From assembly GCF_001194135.2 (NCBI RefSeq), contig NC_068984.1:31338172-31402171 (forward strand): a stretch of DNA of 64,000 nucleotides. Reading direction: 5' to 3'. Position numbers and translations under genes: made by a program. Numbering within the stretch: the stretch's first letter is position 1; every line of letters starts with the position of its first letter. Under the pieces are notes generated by a model, which saw only the letters and a list, made by a program, of their open reading frames with translations, was not told the origin of the DNA and searched no databases. Of this stretch, positions 14,052 through 26,261 are shown piece after piece. This DNA comes from Octopus bimaculoides (Eukaryota).

Positions 14052-14275
14052 CGGTAGAGATGGACTATATGTAATCTGAACCTTTGCCCCCACTTATTTA
14101 TTAATTAATTTTTTTTACGGAATCCCACGTTTTAGGCTATGGAGATTCCGATTCTGAAAATTTTTTTTTTTCAGAATCGGAATCTCCATAGCCTAAAACG
14201 TGGGATTCCGTAAAAAAAAACAAAATTTAAAAGGGGGGGGGGTATACCCAGATTACATATACTCCATCTCCACCA
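14052..14275. mobile_element. Palindromic (foldback) MITE-like element
   Basis: Perfect 52-bp arms at 14109-14160 / 14168-14219 around a T7 loop. Outer imperfect arms: TAGAGATGGACTATATGTAATCTG / CAGATTACATATACTCCATCTCCA. Confidence 0.8.
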
Positions 14276-14759
14276 AAACTACTATATAAGTTATAAATTT
14301 ATTGAATAAAGCTTGTAAAAATTCTAGTAACAAAGTAAGACTACCTTTCGACATAATATTTACTTCCTCCCGTTCCTGTGCAAATGGCAGTTCCCTCTGT
14401 CATGCGCTAAGTATTATGGGAATAACATAAATATAATAAAATACTCTGAACAATTCTCTAAGACTAATAATATTAGAGAGGTTGAATTTAAGGGGAGATA
14501 ATAACTAGATACTCTCAAAACCTGCTGTGACTGGAATTTTGATAGTGTTTACGATTTAGAGATTTATGTTAGATTAAATATGGCCTGTCTATTCCTTTTA
14601 AGGTAGTATTCTGTAATAAATTCTTGGTCTCTGGTATATCCGTATCTAATACTACTATAAAATTCTATTTTAACTACATTTAACTATCTTCCTAATAATT
14701 GTTTAAGAGGTTACATATTGGGTGGTGGGTTTATAATTTTATATATTTTTCCTTTTATT

Positions 14760-16040
14760 TTACGTTAAGTTATTCTTATGTCGATATTTTTTCCTCTCCG
14801 ATACTGTTCAGTAATACCTTTCTCGACTGGAGTATTTTCATAAACTCTATTGTGCATAATAAGCACATTACCTATTCTATATGACTTCGCTCTACAAATG
14901 ATTTTCCATTTAAAGGTGTATTCTATTTTATTGGATTTCAACTCCCATATGTATTTACTTCGACCTGTCGAATTTATTACTTTGAGATTTCTGAAGCACT
15001 GATAATGCTGGGAAATTCTTCTTTTAATTTCGTTCGCTGTCGATCCTATATATTCTTTCTTTTTATTATTATTAGCGGTTACTGTACATTTATAAATTAC
15101 GTTATTTAAGTTGCACTTATTAAGCCTACATTTGGATTTGTCTTTACATGAGCATTTATTTAAAATACTATTATGTTTTTTGTTTGTTATATTTCTTCCG
15201 TAGCTATTGTTTAATATTAGTTAAATTGTTATTATAAAATTTGTTTAATTTGACATTGGTTATTGAGAATATAATATTACTTACATTTCTTGTAGAATAG
15301 CCCACTTTTTAGTTTAGTTTTGTTTGAGAATATTTTCGAGTACGCTTTGTTTTTTAAAGAATGTTTTTATTATGTTCAGAATTTCTTTAATTAAGCTAGT
15401 TTTGATTTGGAACCCATAAGGGATAATTGACCATATAATTTCCTTATGTCTATTATCATTATTAATATTTATGTTATTATAATTCTTATTATTATTTTTG
15501 TTCATTGTCAGTGTATTATTCGTGGGTATATAATAATGATATTTATTTCCATTCGAATTATTTTGGGTATTATCCTTACTATGATCATTATTATTATTAT
15601 TTTTATTTATATGTACGTTATAATTATCTTTATTTATTTCTTTATATTGTTTATTATTATCTTTGCTATTACTTCTATAGTTGGTTTGAGCGTTAGGATG
15701 ATTACTAGTATTATTTGGTCCGTAATTATTAAAGAATTTAATTTTCGTATTATATCCTGCTTCTTTTAATGCACTATTATAGTAAGAGGCATGTTTATTG
15801 AAAGTATCTATATCCGAGGATAAGGTAGAAATTCTTTTACTTATATTTTCTATTAGTGCTTTTTTGACTGAGCTAGGATGGTTGTTATGGGCACTAATGT
15901 ACTTAAGGTTCTCATTTAATTTATGGAATGTTTTTTTTTTATTAGTTACTAAGTTTAGGTTTGCATCTAGGTAGCTTACCAAACAATTCCTATTTCTCTA
16001 TAACTATATCTGAGATTGTCTGCGGAAACCAAAATAATTG
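14760..16040 (-). pseudogene. Penelope-like retroelement: RT thumb, linker and GIY-YIG endonuclease remnant
   Basis: ORF 15314-15982 reads YLDANL...YISAHNNHPSSVKKALIENISKRISTLSS...YYNSALKEAGY. About 15052-14900 reads YIGSTANEIKRRISQHYQCF...SKYIWELK. Frameshifted. Confidence 0.85.
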
Positions 16041-16183
16041 CAGCGTTGAAGGCGTTTATACACCATTTAATTTGTGAAAATATTTTCGTCACCTTGAAAC
16101 TGCCAATTGTTCACTGACAAAATTCCTCGCTGCATCACGGAATTTTGTGAGTGAAGTGGATGCGGTTTCAAAGTGACGAAAAT

Positions 16184-16854
16184 ATTTCTTTACCGAATCG
16201 TTACTGGCGACGGAAAATGATGCCTGTACATCAATATGAAGCAGTGTAAGAAATGGCTTAGCCCTGGTAAACAAGTGACACCGCGCATGAAACAAGACCT
16301 ACATCCGCGTAAAATAATGTTGTGCGTATGGTGGGACTGGGAAGGGATTATCCATTACGAATTGCTTGAACAGAACCAAACAGTCACCGCGGAACTCTAT
16401 GTTCAACAAATGGAACGACTCAGCATGGCTATTCAAGAGAAAAGACCTAATCATCAGCACGGAGTTCTTCTGCTGCACCACAACGCCCGCCCTCATATCG
16501 CCAGTATGACCAAGGAAGCCATTCAAACGCATGCCTGGGAAGTGCTGCCACACCCACCTTATTCCCCTGATTTGGCACCAACGGATTTCCACCTCTTTCG
16601 ATCTCTTTCAAATGTTATGCGCGGTGTTTCGTTCAATACTGATGCAGAAATGAGAGCTTGGCTGGATCAATTTTTCTAGTCGAAATCGGGTGATATCTAC
16701 CAAACGAGGTATTGAAAATCTTGTTGAATGTTGGGAAGAAGTTGTAAACAACAAGGGTGAATACATTATTGATCAATTAGTTGTTATTTTCTTTATTAAA
16801 CCTTTTTAAAAAATTAACTTAAAAAATACGACAGGAACTTAGTTGCCAACCTAA
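16184..16854 (+). mobile_element. Mariner transposon, 3' half with right TIR
   Basis: Transposase text ...KIMLCVWWDWEGIIHYELL...HHNARPH...HPPYSPDLAPTDFHLFRSL. TIR GGAACTTAGTTGCCAACCTAA followed by TA (16855-16856). Same family as 38870. Confidence 0.92.
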
Positions 16855-17006
16855 TATAAATGCTCATAACACACTTTATACTTCTAACATTTTCATATTA
16901 GAAAATTACTTACTACAATAATTTATCAATGTAATATGAAGAATCTTTATTAGAAATCGACCTTTGGAACCCCACAAAGTAAAGGATGAAATAATACTCA
17001 AACTTT

Positions 17007-17090
<84 letters not shown>

Positions 17091-17120
17091 GTATATATGC
17101 ACGTACGCATGTATTTACAT

Positions 17121-17433
17121 GAAGGCGCGTGGCTTCGTGGTTTGGGCATTCGACTCACGATCGTAAGGTCGTGATTTCAATTCCCGGCGACGCGTTATGT
17201 CCTTGAGCAAGACACTATATTTCTCGTTGCTCCAGTCCACTCAGCTAGTAAAAATGAGTAGTACCTGTATTACAAAGGGCCGGCCTTGTCACACTGAATC
17301 TCCATGAGATCTACGTGAAGGGTACACGTGTTTGGTGAGTGCTCAGTCACTTGCACGTTAATTTCACGAGCAAGCAGTTCCGTTGATCGTATCAGCTGGG
17401 ACCCTTGTCGTCGTAACCCACAGAATGCTTCTT
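17121..17433 (+). mobile_element. tRNA-derived SINE
   Basis: Head GAAGGCGCGTGGCTTCGTGG...GATTTCAATTCCC, central GTCCTTGAGCAAGACACT block, perfect 12-bp TSD ATGTATTTACAT (17109-17120 / 17434-17445). Confidence 0.92.
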
Positions 17434-17671
17434 ATGTATTTACATATATGTAATGAAAGACCAAGAGGCTGTATGTGTCAATTTAATTTTATAATACTGA
17501 AAATGTACAAAAACTTTATAATAAATTTTTTTTAAAAATGCAATATGTTTATAGAGAAAGTTAATTTTTGTCAAATGTAAATGTCAACTTACCATTTGAA
17601 TTTACAATGTTGTGCTCGAAACCAGATATCTTTACATAATTTATGAAAGATTTTGATGAAGTAGAATTTAT

Positions 17672-17703
<32 letters not shown>

Positions 17704-18088
17704 CAAAACATTTAAAGAACAGTTGAATAGAAATTATTATAAAACCATCTATGTACTTAATATAACCAATTATTTGTATTCCTGCACGTCTGACAGTTTC
17801 AGTAGAATGGTCATGTTATCTGCGTAAATAGAGCATTTGCTCTTGAATGTGTTTTCTAAAGTTATTAATTGATAATGCTATTTTATACTTTGTAACTTAA
17901 AAGATATAGCATCTGCCAAGTTTACATTCTAACCAGATACTACATGAAAATAGTATCTGGTTAGAATGCATAATTTATATATGTACATGTTTGTGTGTGT
18001 ACATATTTTTGTATGTATTTGTGTATGCATACACAAATACCTATGTATCTATGTATATATTAGAAATGATATTCATACAAATATATAT

Positions 18089-18140
<52 letters not shown>

Positions 18141-18449
18141 TATAGTACATGTATGCTGGATTCCTACATATATCTATATAGTCCTTTATCCCATGCATAC
18201 ACTTAACAAGCAATGCACATTTCTGATAGTTTACACTCCATTTGAAGGTGTTAGTGTTTATTTCATATTCTTGATGTGGTTAGATATAACACGTGAGGTT
18301 CTTAGATGTAGAGACAGTAACAGCACATACACTCAGACATGCATGTGTATTATCCTCCCTTTCCTCCTCATTGTCATCAGTGGCATCATCGTCATTATTT
18401 TATATCTACTTTCTCTGTTGGTATGATTTGAGTATGTTTGCAATATCGT

Positions 18450-19215
18450 TGTTGGTAACTAAGGGCCTCTCCTTCAGAGTGAAAGGCAGATTATATGATG
18501 CCTGTGCATACACAACCATGTTACAAAGTGAAATATGGGCTTTGACTACAGAGGACTTGCAAAGGCTTGAAAGAAATGAAGCTAGCATGCTCTGCTGAAT
18601 GGGTAATGTCAGTGTGTATGCAGGACAGAGTGGAAACGATTTAAGAGGAAAACTGGGTATAAGAGACATCAGATGTTGGTTGCAAGAGAGAAGATTGCAC
18701 TGGTTTGGTTATATGATGGGGACAGCTCATCACATGGATGAGGACAGCTGTGTAAAGAAGTGCCAAGCTGTAATTGTGGAGGATACCCGTGAAAGGGTAG
18801 ACCCAAGAAGACATGGGATGAAGTGGTGAGAATGGATCTTCAAATGCTGGGCCTCACTGAGGAAATGACAAAGGACCAGAAGATGTGGCAATTTGCTGTA
18901 CTTAATAAAGACACGTCAAGCTAAGTAAAATTACTGTCTTCCACACATACAGGCTTGTCCTTTCAGGTACCAGAGCTATTTAAAAAGCGCCCATGCTGAT
19001 GCTGCAGTAATGCACCTGTGTTGGTGCAGTGTAAACACACCCGTGCCTGCGCAGTGTAAACACACCCATGCCTGTGCTGTGTGAATGAACCTATGCTGGT
19101 GGCATGTAAAAGCACACAGTACACTTAAGTGACTGGCGTTAGGAAGGAATCTAGCCATAGAGACCATGCCACAACAGACAGAGTCTGGATAGCTTCCTGC
19201 TAGACAGCTCCATGA
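18450..19215 (+). mobile_element. 5'-truncated RTE-clade LINE (ORF C-terminus plus repeat-containing 3' UTR)
   Basis: LLVTKGLSFRVKGRLYDAC...SEIWALTTEDLQRLERNEASML matches the RTE post-RT region. The UTR carries GCAGTGTAAACACACCC repeats and GGCGTTAGGAAGG. Confidence 0.8.
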
Positions 19216-19564
19216 ATGTATATAATATGCATGTATATATATAGATATATATATATATATATATGCATGTATATATATGTATGCATGCATGTATATATAC
19301 GTATATATATATATATACATAAGTATATATATAAGTATTATATAAATTTCCTTGATTTTCTTAGGTTGTTTGGTAAACATTAAGAAGTCTTTCATATTAA
19401 ATTCAACCTACTTCTAGGCTATCCTGTTACATATTGAAATAGAGTGGCCGTTTGTGCTGGATAATTTATGAGCCAAATATACAAGTTCATTAACTTGTTT
19501 GATTCATTTCCCATTACTTATTGTACCTCATGCAGTATTATTTTGGATATTTTCACTTTTTATT

Positions 19565-19700
19565 TTCAGGATTAAATCCGGTGTAACTTCAGCAGATATG
19601 ATGACAAATTATTGCAGTTTTCTAGCTGTTTAGCTGATGATTGCTATGCTGTCAGCAATGCTGATATCTGAAATCCTTTATTCCCCAATGGAATAACCTC
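19565..19700 (-). pseudogene. Highly degenerate non-LTR RT fragment (motif-C region)
   Basis: GE*RISDISIADSIAIIS*TARKLQ*FV resembles G-x-RI-x-DL-x-(Y/F)ADD-x-AI-x(7)-LQ. Confidence 0.35.
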
Positions 19701-20228
19701 TATCTATTACTTTCTTACTGCCATTTTCACATCTGTTAGCTTGGATATCAAGGCTGTGATGACAATACAGAACAGTAAGGGAATAAAAGTATATCTTTGC
19801 TTTACTCATATCTATATATCAAATGATCCTGAAATGCCAATATCACACTTCATTGAATCATTTGAACACTCATATGTTAGCATTAGAAAGATGGCTGCAA
19901 TATCTATTTCTGTGCCTTTTCAAGAACTTGTCATAAGGAAGATAATTTTTACACTGCCAAAGGCCTTAGTGAGGCTAATAACTACTATGTGCAAGCATCT
20001 ATTGACTTTTGTTGATTTTTTGATTGATTGTTTATGGCAATGATCTAGTCAATGATATTTCTTACTGGTTGATAAGCAACTTAGAAAACCAAAAACTATA
20101 AGTATGCATCATTTTTTTTTTAATCTTGTCTGTGATGTTGCATTTTGTAGACATGATTATAGAGCTATAGCTAGAACTCTCACTATAAGTTGCTTTCTTA
20201 TACAGAACCACAATTAGAGCCTCTTTAA

Positions 20229-20450
20229 CCCTTTTGTTACCATATTTATTTTGAGATGCTCTGTGTTTCTTTCAATTAATTTTAAATATAACAAAGAATT
20301 TAGTAAAATAACTTAGTTATCATTAAGCTGGTGTTAGGAACATAAATTGTGACTAAGATTTGGTGGAAGATTTTAATTCAAAACTTATGATAACAAGACA
20401 TTTGTACTACAGAGCCAGAGGCCATTTTAGCTGGGTTTGTATCGAAAGGG
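20229..20450. mobile_element. piggyBac-type MITE (222 bp)
   Basis: TTAA at 20225-20228 and 20451-20454 flanking the TIRs CCCTTTTGTTAC / GTATCGAAAGGG. Confidence 0.75.
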
Positions 20451-22047
20451 TTAAAAGTTTGGGATATACATTCCACTGAGAGAAACAAGTTGGATAATTC
20501 ATTAATTGCTTTGAGAGTTACTTCAAACCAATCTTTCAGAAATTTAGACTGGAATTCATCAGTTCATGAGATTTTGCTAAATTTTAGTTGGTTAAATTTC
20601 TGCTCGTTTTCTTCTGGAAGGAAGGTAATATATTTGGTAATAGACTATCATCTCACAGTGAAATATGTGCTTCAATGAGGAAAAAAAAAAAAAAAGAACT
20701 ATTACAATATTGAACCCAGCATTTATGATTGTCAATGTGGTCAGGGAGATTTTGACATGATTCCTTCTCTATGCTTAGCCAAACGTGTGTTTGTTAAGAG
20801 TGAGGATGGATAGAAAAAATTGTGGTTCACATAAACAAAGATGGTGAAAAAAACATTGCAGATTAGTCTAACTTCAACACATGAATTCCATTAAACCTTA
20901 CCAATAGGCACAGGGACAAATTGATAGTTGTGAGGACTGCAAATTTTCAGATAAACAAAATGTAATATTTGCATGTCTTTTTAAATATGTGGGGGAGCGT
21001 GCATGAGTGCATGCATGCACATGCATGTATGTATGTGTGCATGCCTTTGTTTGTATTTGTGTGGGTCTGTGTGTGTGTCTGTGTTTTCATTTGCAAGAGA
21101 AGAAAATGCAGGCAATAAGTAGAGTTTGTACTTTCTGTTAGAATCTCAGTTTTATGCTGATTGCTTGAACAGCTGATGAATGGAAGCAGTAACATATCTT
21201 CTTAATGAAATATGATTACTTGAATTTTGATTAATTACGGCTATTTAATTGTTATAAACAGAATACCTGAATATATTCTCCAATGCACATTATTTAATCT
21301 TCTATATTAGATGTTTAGAAAACAGAAAATTAACTTGTTTATGTAGAGTTGCAGTTCCTAAAAACAATGATATTTTTTATCTGTGGGGAACAATATTTCA
21401 GTACATGGTGAATTTATTTTGAGGAAAGTAAACTCTTTTACATAGATGGTATTTAGGAAATTCTTGATAAATGTCTTTTTTGCATATGCAAAGATTCCTC
21501 AATAAGCACATCTAGATTATCCTTCAAGGAAGAATTCTTTGGGTATTCTGCTCATTATGATAATGACAGCTTAAACACTGGCTTCAAAGGCAGAATATAT
21601 CATATACAGAAAAAAACCTTTATGCTAAAACGCACAAAAACCTGAAAACAAAACATTATAATCCTTCATCATGTTTAAATGCCCAATCAGGAATTTTTTT
21701 AACCCTTATAGATAAACATTTTGACACAGAAAATAGGACCTCCAATAAAAATAATAGCAATAAGGGGAGCTTTTAGCAGCAAAATCTTTGTTTCTTTCAT
21801 AACTACCATAAACAAATGAAAAGTGTTTAGTATAGACATGTAAAACTCTTCTTTGTATACTTGCAACAACCCAGATGTCTGGTCTTTCATAAGTGTATGT
21901 CGTTCTAAAGCATTAGTTTATTGATTAGAAACAAACTGTGACATAGGGCTTATTGAAAATCCATTATAAAAAGATTCCTCCAACATTTATACATATTCAG
22001 ACCTCTAGAACCCAAATATATATACAGAAAAAAAGTATATATACATG

Positions 22048-22383
22048 CGTCGCCTTCCTGGCACTTGTGCCAGTGGCATGTGTAAAGACATTCGAGCGAG
22101 ATCGTTGCCAGTGCCGCTGGACTGGCTCCTGTGCAGGTGGCACATAAAATACACCATTTTGAGCATGATCATTGCCAGTACCGCCTGACTGGCTTTTGTG
22201 CTGGTGGCACGTAAAAGTACCCGCTACACTCTCGGAGTGGTTGGCGTTAGGAAGGGCATCCAATTGTAGAAACTGTGCCAAATCAGATTGGAGCCTGGTG
22301 TAGCCATCTGGTTCACCAGTCCTCAGTCAAATTGTCCAACCCATGCTAGCATGGAAAGCAGACGTTAAACGATGATGATGATG
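22048..22383 (+). mobile_element. RTE-type 3' end retroposon with (GAT)n tail, within TA-rich sequence
   Basis: Same body as 1-235 and 12421-12743. Confidence 0.88.
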
Positions 22384-24825
22384 ATATATATATATATATA
22401 TATATGCATATATATTGACAATTATAAAATATTTTAGTCCATTTAAGAACACACCAACATTAATAGCTCTAGAATATATGATCTGTGTCTCTGAAAATCG
22501 TAAGCACTGTTTTCCAAACATTTGTAGTTTTAAACAGAAGATAACCGGTGATTACTTGTAGCATTTTGATCAGTATTTATTAAGGAGTTACTAATGATCA
22601 AATGATTCAAATAATGAATTTGGCAAACTCTTAAAGATTGTCACATACTGAGCACTATGACTACATAACTAATCGCCATCTCTCCAATTTCTTCCTAAAA
22701 ATTAGAACACAAAACACATTATTATATATTTGTGTGTATGGATATGTGTTTGGTATTAGATATTATCAGCATCTGTCTGACACAGAAACAAAAGAATACT
22801 TCGTTTCTGTGCTCTTCTAAGGAAACAGAAAACAAAACTGTGTCACTTTCCTTGTCAAGATACTTTTATCTGCAGGCAAAGTACAAAAAAATACTGCATT
22901 ACTTTCAAGATCATTTGATAATAGTTGTTAAATGTGAAAGTATTTATAGAACAGAGTTGTGATGCATAATGGTGCCTCAGGTGTAGGTATGTATGCATAT
23001 ATATATATATGTATATACATATAACCATATACATATATTCATATACATACATATATACACTCATGTATACCTTTTAACATTTTTACATACATACACACAT
23101 GGATACACTCACAAATACACGTGTGAGAAAATGTTTACTTAATTAGTGACATGCTGTCAAATACCACTACACGATGTGTCAACAGGCATCATCACTTACA
23201 AAAATAGTCAATGTCTACAAACAAAACAAAGATAGCTTTGCTGTAGATGAAGAGGAACCAATGTAGATGCGTTATGAATATATTCTGCAGCATTTGATAG
23301 TCACTTTCTTATATTTACCCATCAAGAATTTTGATGAGATGTGTGTGTGTGTGTGATATTTTAGTAGCTGTAGTATAAGCAAATCTATACAGTCCCTCAA
23401 GAGCATGCTGCATACTTCATCTGACAAGTGTAATGCTTATTTATTCACATTGCTTTGAATTAAACAAGCATTGTTTTGTAGTCTCAAGATTTCAATGATG
23501 TGATTGTCTATTTTTACAATGATGGTAGATATAAAATGCAAGATCTGGTGTGTCTTTAAGTGAGAAAAAAAGCGATCATTTTAAGGAATCAAAATATTCT
23601 TTATCATTTTTAGATATTTAGCATTATAAATGACAGCATCTGGTATTCTAGGTTATTTATCTAAATGGTACAGAGTGCCTAGTCAGAGATTGGGAGGCAC
23701 GATTTCGATACTTTGTAGGAGCTAACTGGCCATCCCCCACTTCCTGTTTTCTAGGGTGATTTAGCCAAAATGCTATGCTGTTTTTACAGCTATTTTGCAT
23801 TCGATATTTACTTCAGATGAAAGAGATCTATAAGAAGAATTTTAGGGTGAACAACTTGTCAAAATACATTAACTACAAAAAACCCTTGGATGACTTTAAG
23901 TGACAATAAAAGGTGATAATTTTAAGAAATCAAAATACTTTTGTCTTTTTAAGAGAAAACTAATATTGTATAAACTCAAATGAAAGAGTTCATCAAGATG
24001 AATGTTTTGGAGAAAACCCCATCTAAAAATTTTAAGCATAAAAATAATATTATGATTTTTTTGTGATTTCATATTAGATTTTATTATTCTGTTCATGTAT
24101 TAAAATATGTACATAATGCATATTAAAAACATGTCAAAATAAAATATTCCCCTCATTCAAAAACTAATTAGGAATTATTTGATGAGAATATGACATCATT
24201 TTCTAATAAAAAATTGTTTAAAAATCTATTTATTTGTAACAAATATGCTGTTATTAATCCTTTGTTACTTTTAGATGCAACCAAAACTTCTAAGTTTGAA
24301 CAAAATCTGCATTTAAAAGATATTTAGAATTGTGTCATTCTTTCTATTATACAGGTTAATTTAATTAATTATAATAATAAGAGCATTGCCTTGAAAAAAA
24401 AAGGGGTATTGGAATGAAATGTGTGGGTGCAGAATCCTAGAATATTCTTAAGTATTGAACAAGTTGTAATTAAGCCTGGAAAAGTACAAGACAAGAAGAA
24501 AAAAAATCTTTGTTGTTGAAGTTAGAATTTGCTAAATAAATTTCTGAAATTGTTCATCAAATAGTGTGTAAAATGGCTGATCGTTAGTAAGGAAAGACAC
24601 ACAAATTGGAAAGAAGAAAGCAAAGGACCACTGATTAGGTCACAGAAGTGTGACGAAAGAACTCTGACCGAAATACGATCAAGGTAATGTAAAATAAAGC
24701 TGAAGCAAATTAACACCAAATATATAGTGTATGTGTTTTTATTGGCCAAACTGGCAACATGACCATCCCCAAATACAACAATATCTGTTTTAACACACGA
24801 TTTCACACCAAGAATCTTACAAAAC

Positions 24826-24913
<88 letters not shown>

Positions 24914-25694
24914 TGCTCCTATCAAGTCCCCAAATTGCTCATAGCATCAGTATTGCTTTTCTCTTCTTCCCAGTACTGCATATCTACTGCCAATCTGTGA
25001 ATGACTTGTGGAATCCATTGGCCAAATCAGTCTATCTTCAATAGCTTCTACATTTAACACTAGGTAAAATATATGACCATATTTTATGTAAGGAATATTA
25101 AAATGCTAAATAAAATATACATTATAGTCAGGAATAAACATTAAGGCTAACACATCTATTATTTTGTCAAGTCTGGAAGACAAATCTAAATCGTTTTTTT
25201 ACTGTATTGAGTATCATCAGCAGAAATGTAGGTTAACCATACCTTTCCAAAATCAAAGAGAATGACTCACAAAATAAATGCGTAGAAATGTAGAATTATT
25301 TAGAAATGAAATAATTCTGAGATAACATCTAGATGATAATCACTAGATAAATAGGTGATAGAATATTTAATATTTCAAAAATATTAAAACATCTAAAATA
25401 GAAGAAAATGTGTGGAGAGCAAAAATATATATTCGTCCATGAATTATATAATTCCATCTAAATTAGATAAATATGACATTACTATATTATTACCTAGATT
25501 TTGTGCTTGCTTATTATATTGAATTAAAATTCTCTCGTGATTATAACCTGATGTGCATGTTGTTATCATGCCAGTTACATGACACCAGCATCAGCCATGA
25601 CTATGACTTCACCTGGCTTGATGGGTCCCATCAAGCTCAGCATATCACCAAATGTTTCAGTCACTAGTCATTGCTTTTGTGAGAATGAGAGTTC

Positions 25695-25745
<51 letters not shown>

Positions 25746-26077
25746 ATGTACATATGTAGTCTACCAGTGGTCTGGACTTTGGCAACTCCTCTGCATGTGA
25801 ACCTTCTCCAATATGCCTGGTATGATCTGGGAAGGCCTGTGCCCTCCCCTGCCACCATTATATAGGCTACTGGGATTTTGATTACCATGTCTAGACTTGT
25901 ATCCTGGAGTGGTTTCTCATTGTCTTCTGGAAGATTTAAAGCATAAAGCATTTCTGTCAATGGGCCAATGATTCTATCATGCTCCAACCTGCAGAACAAT
26001 GAGAAACGAATTGTTTTGCTCATGAACACAAGGAAGTGCCTGGCTTATGTGTATTGCGTGTGTGTGTGTGTGTGTGT

Positions 26078-26243
26078 GAGGGGTTGCCAAAAAGTTCACG
26101 GTTTTAAGGCTATCATGAAAGGCCTGGATGGATGCTCAAATATCCAAGTTCTTTTACAGAGCTTAGAAAAACTGAAGGACAACTGCAATAAATGTGTGAA
26201 TCTGAGAGGAGAATATGTTGAATAAAATCATAATTATAGATCC
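26078..26243 (+). mobile_element. Mariner-derived MITE remnant
   Basis: TIR-like start GAGGGGTTGCCAAAAAGTTC joined to a transposase C-terminus (LEKLKDNCNKCVNLRGEYVE*). The right TIR is missing. Confidence 0.6.
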
Positions 26244-26261
26244 TTAAAATTGGCCCTTCCT

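Noticed and set aside
15446-15769. Hydrophobic I-rich ORFs
   Set aside because: Antisense reading of the Asn-rich (AAT-like) PLE linker.
25757-26020. Possible RTE-like LINE C-terminus on the minus strand
   Set aside because: It needs several frameshifts for a weak G-x-R-x-x-GRP-like match; not supportable.
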